A stretch of 59,767 bases of DNA, filler included, from 4 parts of 4 records of this genome joined end to end with filler, not necessarily neighbours in it, one strand, 5' to 3'; numbered from the whole stretch's first letter, positions 18,944 to 29,599 are shown. Notes: a model not told the origin generated them from the sequence alone. Made by a program: numbers and translations.

Positions 18944-19981
18944 ATGAACACTTTTTCAGAATCAGATATAATTTCTGGTTACAATTTTTCGCAAAAATGT
19001 AATTTCATATATTCGAGATATATTTCTCATTATGAATTTAATTTAATGAACCATAAAGATGTAACAATTATGCAGAAGACAAAAGACTATGTGTTTTATC
19101 GGATGAATTATGTTGAGCTAAAAGATGGTTACACAATATTTTCCAATAATTTTGCATTAAAGACATTATTCAGAATTTTGAATCAAGCTTCGAATTTTAG
19201 TAATATCAAGCTTGTAACAAGCCAGACAGATTTAAGTATTACCAATGAGATATTCACATCAATGCCTAAGTGTATTTCTCACTGGTATTCAATAAATGTT
19301 AATTACGAAGATAGAGCATTAACACCTTTACCACTTGGGATAGGTAACAGTTTTCAAGATAAATACATCACTGATAATTTATTCTATTCGTCAGATATGG
19401 ATGTACAATCAAAAAAAACTTCGAAATTGTATGTTAATTTCAGGGAAAATACTAATACTAAACATAGGAAAAATCTTCAAGATTACTTTAGAGATAAAAA
19501 CTGGGCAACTGTTGATTCACCAAATCTAACACCAGAAGAATATGTTAATAATATTAAAAATCATGATTTTATTTTATCCCCATGGGGTAATGGAATTGAC
19601 ACACACAGAATATGGGAATCTCTTTACATTGGCGCTATTCCAGTAACAAAATATCACCACACTTTGAGTACATTGAATGATTTACCAGTTTTATTCATAA
19701 ATAATTATGAAGACCTCTCACAAGACCATTTAATAAAAGCTAAAAATGAAATTGATTCGAATGAGTTTAATTTTGAAAAATTGAAAACTGATTGGTGGGT
19801 AAATGAAGTAATTAATATTCGAGATTACCACAATGATATAAATCCACAAATATTTAGAGGAAGTCAATTTTTTGATAGTATTGATAAATTACTTTTTTCA
19901 ATAGGACGAGAAATAGAAAATAAAATGAAAAAACTTCGATATTATGTAATAAAAATATCAGGTTTATTTAGAAATATTTAG
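18944..19981 (+). CDS. Exostosin (GT47)-like glycosyltransferase
   Basis: FILSPWGNGIDTHRIWESLYIGAIPV. Confidence 0.65.
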   Translation: MNTFSESDIISGYNFSQKCNFIYSRYISHYEFNLMNHKDVTIMQKTKDYVFYRMNYVELKDGYTIFSNNFALKTLFRILNQASNFSNIKLVTSQTDLSITNEIFTSMPKCISHWYSINVNYEDRALTPLPLGIGNSFQDKYITDNLFYSSDMDVQSKKTSKLYVNFRENTNTKHRKNLQDYFRDKNWATVDSPNLTPEEYVNNIKNHDFILSPWGNGIDTHRIWESLYIGAIPVTKYHHTLSTLNDLPVLFINNYEDLSQDHLIKAKNEIDSNEFNFEKLKTDWWVNEVINIRDYHNDINPQIFRGSQFFDSIDKLLFSIGREIENKMKKLRYYVIKISGLFRNI

Positions 19982-20560
19982 CTTCCACAAGTCAGCTTCA
20001 TTCTCCTCAACCATTACCGCATCAGGAAGGTAGTTTAATGCTTTCATCATGTCAATATAATGTTCAACATCACTCAATCTTCCCCACCTGCTTGGAGAAA
20101 CAAGACATGTTTTAAATTTTTTCAATGTATCAATATTTGATTCACCTATTGGAAGTTTGTTGAATGTATCAATCCATAACCACTCAATTTCTTTGACAAA
20201 ATGTTCTGAATTAGAAATATCTTCATATTCTGAAAATCTATTAGAAAGCCATAAGCCACTATTTTTTTTATTTTTTACTATATAGGGAAACTCAACATCT
20301 AGTAAAAAGAAATTATCAATTTTTCGACTTGTAATTTCATTTATTACTAAATCTTCAATTCCAGAATCTTTAATATTTGCCACTAGTAATTTATGCCCAT
20401 ATGCATCAAGCCAGTCCGTAAAATTTAGATTTAATTCATTTAGATCATGACCAACTACAAGGTTTCCATCACGAAATCTAATGTCTACCTCAATTCCGCA
20501 ATCATAATCAATTCTATTTAATTTTTCTAGATTATTAACTTCATGAACAACATATTGCAC
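19964..20560 (-). CDS. PLC/GDPD-like phosphodiesterase-fold protein
   Basis: HEVN..GIEVDIR..LVVGHD..NIK; WLWIDTF; CLVSP. Confidence 0.6.
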   Translation of the reverse strand: MQYVVHEVNNLEKLNRIDYDCGIEVDIRFRDGNLVVGHDLNELNLNFTDWLDAYGHKLLVANIKDSGIEDLVINEITSRKIDNFFLLDVEFPYIVKNKKNSGLWLSNRFSEYEDISNSEHFVKEIEWLWIDTFNKLPIGESNIDTLKKFKTCLVSPSRWGRLSDVEHYIDMMKALNYLPDAVMVEENEADLWKLNISK

Positions 20561-20573
20561 ATTACAATTTTAC

Positions 20574-22106
20574 TTGATGATAAAGAATTTACTATCTTTA
20601 ATAAAAAATGAAGCTTTCAGTATTGAGCCAAAATGGTTAGGTGCTGTAAATCTTATTTCTTTTATGTTTGTGTTTTATATAATTGCAAGACTTATTTATT
20701 ACACATTTTTTTTAAACTATTACGAGGTTTTACATATTGATGAGAGGATCATTATTAATGATATTTATAATGTATGGACACTAGATAACGAATTCAATAG
20801 ATATCCTACAATAGAAAACAAACTTATAAAGAACATTTACTTAGTGATAACTGAAATTTCTTATGGCGGAGATTTAAGATATGGAAGAATATGGTCAAAT
20901 ATTTTCATACTATTAATGGGACCATTTTCTCTGTTTGGCGACCAAGTGCTGATTACTGCTGTCAGGATATTTACGATTTTAATATACTTCATTTCTTTGA
21001 ATATACTTATAAATTTATTTCTAAATAAAAATTTAAGATGGCTTTATTTATTGATATTTTACTCTTTACCTGGGGTTGTTTACTTTAATTCTCTTCCTAA
21101 ACCTGACCCTTTTGTTATATTTTTTTTAAGCATATCTTTTCACTTTCTTATTAAGAAAAAGTATTATTTCGCGGTGTTATTATTTGCGATATCTACTGGT
21201 GTCAAAATAGTTGGCGTTTTTGCATTAGTTTTAGTTATCTTGCATCTTTTTTATACAAGAAAAATACCTCTTACCCGTAATTCATTATTAAAAGTTTTAT
21301 TAAATTCATGGATTGGAATCGTGATTGCAAATCCTGTATTGATAATTCCACCATTCCCAATATTTGAAATTCCTAATTTTTATAAAATTTACTACCACTG
21401 GTTAGACTCTCAATCTAAATATGATCAATCTCTAAGATTTAGCTATGAATATTTTCAAAATTGGTTAGAAACTTTAGCAATTCACTTCACTTACAATCTA
21501 ACAAGAAGCCCAGTTATATTTATTTTATTTTCAGTATTTATTTTGTACATCCTATTCAAATTTTCTCAAAAAAATGAGTCTGTTATTCAATTAGTTACTC
21601 TCGTCGGTTTTTCTCATTTAATTTTTATAATAATTTCTATTCAAAGACAGTGGATTTTGTACTTAAATTATTCATTTATATTTTTAATAATTGGAATTAT
21701 ATTTTTTATAAATTCACATACAAATAAGAAAATACTTTTTCATATATTATTGTTTATGATTATTGTTCCTAATGGCCTTCTTAAAATTAATGGTTCACTA
21801 GAAACAAGGCAAACTATCCCAAGTGAAGATTTTCTTACTATATCACTAGTCACAGATAAAATATCAGATTTATATCAAATCCACTCTAAAGATACAAAGC
21901 TAGTGTACTGGGATCCATCCATAGGTATGGCAAGAAACAAAGTAACTTATAATGATATCTTTCAGGTTAGAGAAAATTGGGAAGGACACGAATTAGAATA
22001 TATTTTTAAAAAATCAGATTTTTATGTGACAAAACAAAATTTAACTTCAGACAAATATTCTAAAATAGAGGTTGAAAATTTTAATATTTATTATTTGGAC
22101 AGTTAG
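20574..22106 (+). CDS. Polytopic membrane protein, putative GT-C glycosyltransferase
   Basis: DE motif after the first TM helices, KPD, many TM segments. Confidence 0.6.
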   Translation: MMIKNLLSLIKNEAFSIEPKWLGAVNLISFMFVFYIIARLIYYTFFLNYYEVLHIDERIIINDIYNVWTLDNEFNRYPTIENKLIKNIYLVITEISYGGDLRYGRIWSNIFILLMGPFSLFGDQVLITAVRIFTILIYFISLNILINLFLNKNLRWLYLLIFYSLPGVVYFNSLPKPDPFVIFFLSISFHFLIKKKYYFAVLLFAISTGVKIVGVFALVLVILHLFYTRKIPLTRNSLLKVLLNSWIGIVIANPVLIIPPFPIFEIPNFYKIYYHWLDSQSKYDQSLRFSYEYFQNWLETLAIHFTYNLTRSPVIFILFSVFILYILFKFSQKNESVIQLVTLVGFSHLIFIIISIQRQWILYLNYSFIFLIIGIIFFINSHTNKKILFHILLFMIIVPNGLLKINGSLETRQTIPSEDFLTISLVTDKISDLYQIHSKDTKLVYWDPSIGMARNKVTYNDIFQVRENWEGHELEYIFKKSDFYVTKQNLTSDKYSKIEVENFNIYYLDS

Positions 22107-22786
22107 TTTTCAAAAATTATATTTAAAGATTCAAATAATGAAAGAGAATAGTCGACATATTGACTTTTTGAATTATTGTTAATTAAAAATGTATCTGCAT
22201 TAAATCTAATCTTCCAGGGCTTGAGGTCATTATCTATATTGTCTCCTATCGCATAAAAATTGTAACCTAGCCCTTCAAGTTTTTCTAGGTCTTCGATGAC
22301 AAATTCTTCGAATTTTTTACTTGGCTTCTCTGCGCCAGCTTCTTCAGATGTAACTATTTTGTCAAAAAAATCTAATCCCCATGTACTTATTTTCTGCATT
22401 TGAATGTCTGTAGTCAAGTTTGTATACAAGTGGTGCTGAATATCTTTGGCTTTATTTCTAGTTATTAAATCTTTGACTTGTTTAGTTACATCTACCGATT
22501 TAATAAAAGCTTCCCAGTATAAATCTGTGAAAGTGTTTACTAATTTGTATTCTTTGCTACCTACAAGATCTAACATATTTTTAAAATATATTGCTCTATT
22601 GTGTGATGATGCACTATTAACAAGGGGTGGTTTAGAAACTTTTCTAGCTTGATTATACGCCTCGGTAAATTTTTCTAAATCTTGAAAAATATTTTGGTGA
22701 TGAAAAACTCTTAACATCCCAGCTTTATGTGAGTTTTCATATTTGTAAAAAGTATTATCTAGGTCAAAAATTAATAATTTTTTCAA
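22103..22786 (-). CDS. HAD-superfamily hydrolase
   Basis: FDLDNT, TN, SEEAGAEKP, IGDNIDND. Confidence 0.9.
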   Translation of the reverse strand: MKKLLIFDLDNTFYKYENSHKAGMLRVFHHQNIFQDLEKFTEAYNQARKVSKPPLVNSASSHNRAIYFKNMLDLVGSKEYKLVNTFTDLYWEAFIKSVDVTKQVKDLITRNKAKDIQHHLYTNLTTDIQMQKISTWGLDFFDKIVTSEEAGAEKPSKKFEEFVIEDLEKLEGLGYNFYAIGDNIDNDLKPWKIRFNADTFLINNNSKSQYVDYSLSLFESLNIIFEN

Positions 22787-24694
22787 TTAAATTAGTTCCA
22801 ATTTTTTTGCAAGAAAATATATGATTATCGAACTTTTAATGTTCATTTCATCTGACACAAATTCGAAAGAATAATTTTTTATATTCTTTAATCTATTTGA
22901 ACACGTTTCAATCAGGTTGTAGTTATCAATTTCGGAAGATAATACAACCTCTGCATTTGCACCATCATAATCATGACTTAATATTTCCACATTATTATTC
23001 CTTAAGATATCTAAAAATTCTTCTAAGTATTCTGTAGAAAATTTTAACTTGATCGTTACAGAACCATCATTAATTGATTTAGTTATCACAGAAATGTCTG
23101 CGTTCGCTTGTTGTGGCTCAATGTAATTAATAAAGTCTTCAGTCCTACTTTCAATTTGTGCATTTATTTCATCGGGCGTCTTATTTCTTTCAATATCTCT
23201 AGCAAATTTAAAATCATCTTTTAGTTGTTTATCTAAATCTATATAAACTTTTAAATTAAACACTTCATTTAGGTCACTCATCATTAGGGTGTGTAGTCCC
23301 TCGACTAAAATAAAATCGTTTACTTTTAAGTGTTTAATTTCATCAAATTTTCCAGTTAGATGATTATATTCTTTTATTTTTTCAACGTTACCTGAGATAA
23401 TTTCGATTAGTTGTTTTTTAAATAATCCTAACTGGTTAACTATTGGGTCAAGATGGGTTTTGGTATCCCATATCTTGCTATTTCTTTCATACTTATGATA
23501 ATTATCAGTTTCTATTGTTGTTGTATTTTGCTTACCTAGAAAATCCGTTAGGATTCCACTAATTGTAGATTTCCCAACTCCGGAATCTCCGGCGATGGCA
23601 ATAACTACTGGTTGAGACTTTATCCTATAGTATTTATTTTGAGTCAAAAACTGGTAAAAATATCGAATAATTATTAATGAAAAGAAAAACTGCAGGGCTA
23701 TTAAATTCTCATTTAATGCTATTGTGAAAATTTCAATTTCTACAATAACTACACAAATAAAATATAAATATATCAAGTATCTTCTTGAATTTTCCAGAGA
23801 AATAAATACATATACAATAGCTGGAATTGACCAAAGAAACCAACCAAGGTTTGAAAAGTTTAGGATAAAAAGTGGAAATGTACATATTCCTAAACAAACC
23901 ACAAGTCCAAAATAGTCCATTTTTTTTATGTTCTTCCAGAAAAAATAATAGGTTATAAAAATTATTGTCTGTGAAATTATAAGAGTATTTAGATTAAATA
24001 TGCCACTGTATTGTAGAACCTTTGACCCTTCTTTAATACCTGAAATTACTGAGGCATAATAGAATTCGTTAAATAACATAGGTCCATAAAAAATTGTGAT
24101 ATAAACAAATGACCGAATGGATAAAACTATTGTTTTGTTAACATCATCAAGGTTTTTATGAATATATGTTATGAGTAAAGGAAGTATTAAAATAAGTATT
24201 ACTTTAGAACCTATTCCTAAGCATAGAAAAAATAATGCAGCATCAAATTTTCGATTTTTGAAGCTACTTAATGACAATATAAAAAACAATAAAGGAATGA
24301 AATCTAGATAACCTTTAGCTACAACTGAATATACAATTATCGGATTTAGTATAAATGGAAGTAATAGACTTCGTTCATCAACATCATAAAAATTCTTAAG
24401 AATATTGATTGCTAGTACTTCTACGACAATATATGAAAAAATAACAAATGATATATTTAAGAAATTAGCAATTTTGAAAAAAGGTATAAGAAAAATATAC
24501 ATAACATAACCATATGGAAAGCTAAGAGTAGTGCTTTCAAATGAATATATATTCTTAAAAGGGTCTGTACAGAATCCAGAACAAGAGTCAAAAAATTGGT
24601 AAAATCTTTCAACCTCTAGTTCAGGTGAAAATTGTAAGATCACAATATATTTGATAAACATTAAGAAATATATATAAAACTTGTTTTTTAGCAT
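22787..24694 (-). CDS. Fusion of a GT-C-like membrane domain and a phosphoribulokinase/uridine-kinase-family domain
   Basis: About 350 aa of multi-TM N-terminus, then IAGDSGVGKST, DNYH, YNHLTGKF, VEGLH, ARD. Confidence 0.8.
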   Translation of the reverse strand: MLKNKFYIYFLMFIKYIVILQFSPELEVERFYQFFDSCSGFCTDPFKNIYSFESTTLSFPYGYVMYIFLIPFFKIANFLNISFVIFSYIVVEVLAINILKNFYDVDERSLLLPFILNPIIVYSVVAKGYLDFIPLLFFILSLSSFKNRKFDAALFFLCLGIGSKVILILILPLLITYIHKNLDDVNKTIVLSIRSFVYITIFYGPMLFNEFYYASVISGIKEGSKVLQYSGIFNLNTLIISQTIIFITYYFFWKNIKKMDYFGLVVCLGICTFPLFILNFSNLGWFLWSIPAIVYVFISLENSRRYLIYLYFICVVIVEIEIFTIALNENLIALQFFFSLIIIRYFYQFLTQNKYYRIKSQPVVIAIAGDSGVGKSTISGILTDFLGKQNTTTIETDNYHKYERNSKIWDTKTHLDPIVNQLGLFKKQLIEIISGNVEKIKEYNHLTGKFDEIKHLKVNDFILVEGLHTLMMSDLNEVFNLKVYIDLDKQLKDDFKFARDIERNKTPDEINAQIESRTEDFINYIEPQQANADISVITKSINDGSVTIKLKFSTEYLEEFLDILRNNNVEILSHDYDGANAEVVLSSEIDNYNLIETCSNRLKNIKNYSFEFVSDEMNIKSSIIIYFLAKKLELI

Positions 24695-24723
24695 AACTAT
24701 TTACATTATATTACTTATATAGC

Positions 24724-25662
24724 ATGACGGATATAAAGAAATTTTATAATGTATCGGAAGAAATAGGCAAAAATTATTCTTTAATTCAGGGTGCAGGTGG
24801 CAATACTAGTTTTAAAGATGGTGACTATATAGCTATAAAAAAATCAGGATCAAACTTAAGTGAGTCTAGCAAAAATGATATTTTCTCTAGCAAAAATTTA
24901 ATAGATCTAAAAAATTTCTACAATAATGAAACTCAAAATAAAAAATATTCTGATGAGTTGTCCATTGAAACACCCCTTCATATAATATTTTCTGAAAAGT
25001 ATGTATTTCACTATCACAGTCTTTTGTCAATAATAATTTCAGTAGGGCAACATAAAGATAATGTTAAAAAAATATGTGAAAGATTAAATATTTCATGGAT
25101 TCCTTATAGGAGACCTGGGGTTGAGTTAGCAAAAGAGGTAGATTCTAAACTAGCCTCAAGCAATAATCATATATTTTTTTTACAAAATCATGGGATGCTC
25201 CTAGGAGCAAATGAAATCGATGAGGTATCAGGAACCATAACAAGATTAGAAAATAGTTTTTTGGAGTTACTTGGACTAACTGATTCATTCTGTAAAATAA
25301 ATCTAAACTATTTAGGTTTAAGCAATGATTCATTACATATGTATGGTGTAACTGGCTCTGCAAATTTAGAAAACTTAGAATTAATAAATGATAAATTTTT
25401 ATTTCCAGACCATGCTGTTTTTGGAAATTACAAATATTTCTCAAAGGATAAAGTTACTTCTTTTAAGGAAAATGAATTATTTTGGAAAGATGACTATCTT
25501 TTCTCTTTAGATAGAATACCTGCTACTGAACTAGAAACTTTACGATCTGTGGTAATTATTACAACCCATATTAAAAAAATTTATAATTTCATAGATGCAA
25601 CTACTGCTTTGAATCTAATCTCATCAGAAGATGAACAATATAGGATAAAAAAGAATAAATGA
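24724..25662 (+). CDS. Class II aldolase/adducin-family protein
   Basis: QGAGGNTSFK, SIETPLH, HYH, PYRRPG, LQNHG, FPDH. Confidence 0.88.
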   Translation: MTDIKKFYNVSEEIGKNYSLIQGAGGNTSFKDGDYIAIKKSGSNLSESSKNDIFSSKNLIDLKNFYNNETQNKKYSDELSIETPLHIIFSEKYVFHYHSLLSIIISVGQHKDNVKKICERLNISWIPYRRPGVELAKEVDSKLASSNNHIFFLQNHGMLLGANEIDEVSGTITRLENSFLELLGLTDSFCKINLNYLGLSNDSLHMYGVTGSANLENLELINDKFLFPDHAVFGNYKYFSKDKVTSFKENELFWKDDYLFSLDRIPATELETLRSVVIITTHIKKIYNFIDATTALNLISSEDEQYRIKKNK

Positions 25663-27176
25663 AAATATTAATACCGATGAGTGGAATTGGAAAAAGATTT
25701 CGAGAAAAAGGTTATAAAAATCCCAAGTACCTCTTAGAGATATTTGAAAAACCAATTTTAGATCATATTTTAAAACTTTTTCCAAACGAGGATGACCTGC
25801 ATCTGATTCTCAATAAAGAAGATTATGAAAATTCAGATATAATAAATAAAATCAAAGAAATTATTGGACCAAAAAATATTACAATTCAACATATAACAAA
25901 GCATAAAAAAGGTCCAGGGCATGCATTGTTAGTCTCTGGATTGCTTGATACTGAAGATGACGTATTTATAAATTATTGTGATTTCTCAAATATTTGGGAT
26001 TGGGAGAAAGTTAAAAAATACATAAATACCCATCAACCCGATGGGTTACTTCCTGCCTACAAAGGAATACACCTTCATACAATTTATGGAAGTAAATATG
26101 CTTTCATAAAAGAAAAAAATGGGAAGGTTGAAGGAGTAAAAGAAAAAGAGCCATTTACTGATAATCCTCAAAATGAATATGCTTCCACCGGAGGATATTA
26201 TTTTTCATCAGGAAATAAAGCAAAAAAATATATTGAAAATTTATTTATGAGTGAATCTTTAATTAATGGAGAAGCTTATATCTCTAGTGCTTATGATTTA
26301 ATGGTTAAAGATGGTTTAGACGTTCAAGTTTATGGCATAGATCACTTTTTTCAATGGGGCACACCTGAAGATTATGAAGAATTCAAATATTGTATGGCTG
26401 AATATAAAACTATTATTTCAGGCAATCAGTTAGATTTAATGAATATGAACCTAGTTCTACCTATAGCTGGTAAAGGGCAACGCTTTAAGGATGAAGGATA
26501 TGTAACACCGAAAGTTTTATTAGATTTAAATAATAAGCCAATGATTGAGCAAATACTAAATAAATTCTCTAATTACAGTGCGGCTTATGTATTAAGTAGT
26601 CAAGAAATTGAATCAGAAATTATAGAAATTTTTAAGAAAAATAAAAAAATTATTGTATCTTCAACACCCGCTATTACAAGGGGACAAGCTGAAAGTGCAT
26701 TAATTCTTATTGAAAAAATAAATAATGAACATCCAATATTTGTCCAATCTGGTGATTCCATACTTGGACATACCGATCTTCAAAATTTATTATCTTCAGA
26801 TATAGATATGGCAGTTTTTACAAAAAAAAACTATAGAAGAGCTTTTACAAACGCAAATAATTTTGGCTGGGTGGCTTCAGAAAATGATTTAATTACTGAA
26901 ACTAAAATAAAGAAGTCTCCCGGAAGTAAAAATTATTCTATGATACTTGGATCTTTCTGGTTTAAAAATAGTTTAATTTACAAGACCTTATATAACGATA
27001 TAGCAAATGGAGAATATAAAGAGTTGCATATTGACCATATGATTGATGCAGCATTAAGAAGAGATATGCAAGTTTTAGAAGTTAATATTCCCGACACAGC
27101 GGTAATTGGAACCCCTCTTGAGTACGAACTGAGCAAATATAGTGAGATAGTTTACAGGTCATTTGATGAAAGTTAA
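25659..27176 (+). CDS. Tandem two-domain nucleotidyltransferase (BcbE-like GT-A fold)
   Basis: Two copies of the motif: IPMSGIGKRF..PK and LPIAGKGQRF..PK, ending in WGTPEDY and IGTPLEY. Confidence 0.85.
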   Translation: MKILIPMSGIGKRFREKGYKNPKYLLEIFEKPILDHILKLFPNEDDLHLILNKEDYENSDIINKIKEIIGPKNITIQHITKHKKGPGHALLVSGLLDTEDDVFINYCDFSNIWDWEKVKKYINTHQPDGLLPAYKGIHLHTIYGSKYAFIKEKNGKVEGVKEKEPFTDNPQNEYASTGGYYFSSGNKAKKYIENLFMSESLINGEAYISSAYDLMVKDGLDVQVYGIDHFFQWGTPEDYEEFKYCMAEYKTIISGNQLDLMNMNLVLPIAGKGQRFKDEGYVTPKVLLDLNNKPMIEQILNKFSNYSAAYVLSSQEIESEIIEIFKKNKKIIVSSTPAITRGQAESALILIEKINNEHPIFVQSGDSILGHTDLQNLLSSDIDMAVFTKKNYRRAFTNANNFGWVASENDLITETKIKKSPGSKNYSMILGSFWFKNSLIYKTLYNDIANGEYKELHIDHMIDAALRRDMQVLEVNIPDTAVIGTPLEYELSKYSEIVYRSFDES

Positions 27177-27867
27177 TTTAGTAATACCTTGTTACAATGA
27201 AGAAGAAGCAATAAAAAAACTTTTTGCAAGCTTGGTAACTTTCAGCAATGAAATTGACATCAATTTTTATATTCTAAATAATGGTTCTACTGACGGAACT
27301 TTAGATATTATGAAAACCTTGAATGAAAGAGAAAATATAAAGTTCATTTCACTTAAAGAAAACAAGGGATATGGTTATGGAGTAAACTATGGTTTAAATT
27401 ACATAAAAGATGCAGATTATATAGGGTGGTTTCATGGCGATCTGCAATTTGATATTAAGAATTTAGAAAATATTTATGAGATTATAAATAATGAATTTAT
27501 TAATGAAAATAAACAGATATTTTTTAAAGGTATTAGAACTGGAAGAAATTTTATATCTCAATTGTTTTCATATTTCATGGGATTATTTGCAACACTTTTA
27601 CTGAGGAAGCATTTTCATGAGATAAATGCACAACCTACTATATTTTCAGCTGTTTTGTATGACTCCCTCTCCGATTATCCATACGATTTTTCATATGACA
27701 CGTACGTATATTGGGTTGCAAAAAAAAATAGATATAAATTTTTAAGAAAAAAAGTCACTTTTCCAAATAGACCATATGGTACATCTAAATGGGATTTTGG
27801 GATTTATTCAAAGATACAATTTTCCTACAAAAATCTTAAATATCTCTCATCTTTAAGACAGCACTAG
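27163..27867 (+). CDS. GT2 polyprenyl-phosphate sugar synthase-like protein
   Basis: VIPCYNEE, NNGSTDGT, NKGYG, HGDLQ, R..GTSKW. Confidence 0.85.
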   Translation: MMKVNLVIPCYNEEEAIKKLFASLVTFSNEIDINFYILNNGSTDGTLDIMKTLNERENIKFISLKENKGYGYGVNYGLNYIKDADYIGWFHGDLQFDIKNLENIYEIINNEFINENKQIFFKGIRTGRNFISQLFSYFMGLFATLLLRKHFHEINAQPTIFSAVLYDSLSDYPYDFSYDTYVYWVAKKNRYKFLRKKVTFPNRPYGTSKWDFGIYSKIQFSYKNLKYLSSLRQH

Positions 27868-27883
27868 GTTAGATTTAAACAAT

Positions 27884-28564
27884 ATGCTAAAAATTATTTC
27901 AAATCTAACCTTATTACATTCTTTTTACAGTTTTTTAATTAATTTGTTACCTGGATTTTTAATTCACAATACATCCAAATACATAGTCATAAAAAAAATA
28001 CTTATCAATCTTTGGATAGACCAAATAGAGGGAGACTACATAGAGTTCGGTATATTTACTGGTTCCAGTTTTAAACATACAATCAGAACTGAAAATAAAG
28101 TAAATAAAAGTAATATTACAAAGTTCTATGGGTTAGATTCATTTGAAGGTTTTCCTGATAATGATCATCCATTTTTTCAAGATGTAAATTTTAAATCAAG
28201 TTACAAAAGAGCAAAAAAAATTGAAGACAAATTTAAAGATAAAGCCTTTGTATTTAAAGGCTATTTTAAGGATTCCCTGAGTAGTGAATCAAAATTAATG
28301 AACATTAAAAAATTAAAATTTGTAAACATAGATTGTGACTTATATCTTTCATCAATTGAACCTATGGACTTTATAGTTCCACGTCTATCAAAAGGTGCGT
28401 ATATTATGATTGACGATTTCACAAATATAGATCCCGAAGGTAACAGTATACGTAACTTATTCTATGAAAAATTTAATAATCATGATTTTGAGATCACAAA
28501 TTCCTTCGGTATTGATGGTGTTGTAATAAGATATTTTGGACTAAAAAATAAGACACAAAATTAG
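27884..28564 (+). CDS. TylF/MycF-family O-methyltransferase
   Basis: GDYIEFGIFTG, DSFEGFP, IDCDLY, IDDF. Confidence 0.85.
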   Translation: MLKIISNLTLLHSFYSFLINLLPGFLIHNTSKYIVIKKILINLWIDQIEGDYIEFGIFTGSSFKHTIRTENKVNKSNITKFYGLDSFEGFPDNDHPFFQDVNFKSSYKRAKKIEDKFKDKAFVFKGYFKDSLSSESKLMNIKKLKFVNIDCDLYLSSIEPMDFIVPRLSKGAYIMIDDFTNIDPEGNSIRNLFYEKFNNHDFEITNSFGIDGVVIRYFGLKNKTQN

Positions 28565-28594
28565 TTAATCCTAAAAAAGAAGTATTATTCATAT

Positions 28595-29599
28595 ATGAAA
28601 ATTTTTATAACTGGGATTGCAGGCTTTCTCGGAGGTCATGTAGCAGAAAGATTAATCGAAGATGGTCATGAAGTTAGTGGATGTGACAATCTAATTGGCG
28701 GCTATCTTGATAATGTACCTGATAAAGCTGAATTTTTTCAAGTTGATGCTATTTACCTTAACCAAATGAAAAAAATGACTAAAGATTCAGATCTAATTAT
28801 TCATACTGCTTGTACTGCCTATGAAGGTTTGAGTGTTTTCTCTCCTTATTTAGTTGGTCAAAATACATACCAGATATCTATGGCTGTGTTCTCTGCAGCA
28901 GCTGAAAATAAAGTACCAAAGGTAATTAACTTTTCCAGCATGGCTAGATACGGAGAACAAAGTGTAATGCCCTATACAGAAGATATGGTTGCATCTCCAC
29001 AGGATCCCTACGGTATAGCAAAATTAGCATCAGAAAAAACTTTAGAGGTTCTTGGTGATGTTCATGGCTTCGAATATGTTAACTTAGTACCACATAATAT
29101 AATCGGCCCTAAGCAAAAATATGATGATCCATATCGTAATGTAGTATCAATAATGATTAATAGAATATTGAACAACAAAGCTCCGATAATCTATGGAGAA
29201 GGTGATCAAATGAGGTGTTTCTCAGATATAGATGATGTAGTTAATCCACTAGTTAAATCTATGACAAGCGAAAGAGCAGTCGGTGAGACAATAAATATAG
29301 GTCCCGATGAAGATATTATTTCTATAAAAGATTTATCTTATAAAATCCTTGATGTACTGAATAGCGATCTTGAACCTATATTTGTTGAACCAAGACCACA
29401 GGAAGTAAAATTTGCTCACTGTTCAGCTGATAAGTCACGTGAGTTATTAGATTACAAAACTTCTGTAAATCTAGATAAATCTATTGAGAAAATTGCAAAC
29501 TGGATAATTAAAAGAGGTCCTAAAGAATTCAGATATCATCTTGATGTTGAAATTATAAATGAAAAAACTCCTAAAACATGGAAAAATAAGTTAATTTGA
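28595..29599 (+). CDS. NAD-dependent nucleotide-sugar epimerase/dehydratase
   Basis: TGIAGFLG, SSMARYG, YGIAK, IYGEGDQMRCFS. Confidence 0.92.
   Translation: MKIFITGIAGFLGGHVAERLIEDGHEVSGCDNLIGGYLDNVPDKAEFFQVDAIYLNQMKKMTKDSDLIIHTACTAYEGLSVFSPYLVGQNTYQISMAVFSAAAENKVPKVINFSSMARYGEQSVMPYTEDMVASPQDPYGIAKLASEKTLEVLGDVHGFEYVNLVPHNIIGPKQKYDDPYRNVVSIMINRILNNKAPIIYGEGDQMRCFSDIDDVVNPLVKSMTSERAVGETINIGPDEDIISIKDLSYKILDVLNSDLEPIFVEPRPQEVKFAHCSADKSRELLDYKTSVNLDKSIEKIANWIIKRGPKEFRYHLDVEIINEKTPKTWKNKLI

Noticed and set aside
22787-23620. Phosphoribulokinase as evidence of a Calvin cycle
   Set aside because: The domain is fused to a membrane protein inside a glycan cluster, with no RuBisCO or cbb genes.
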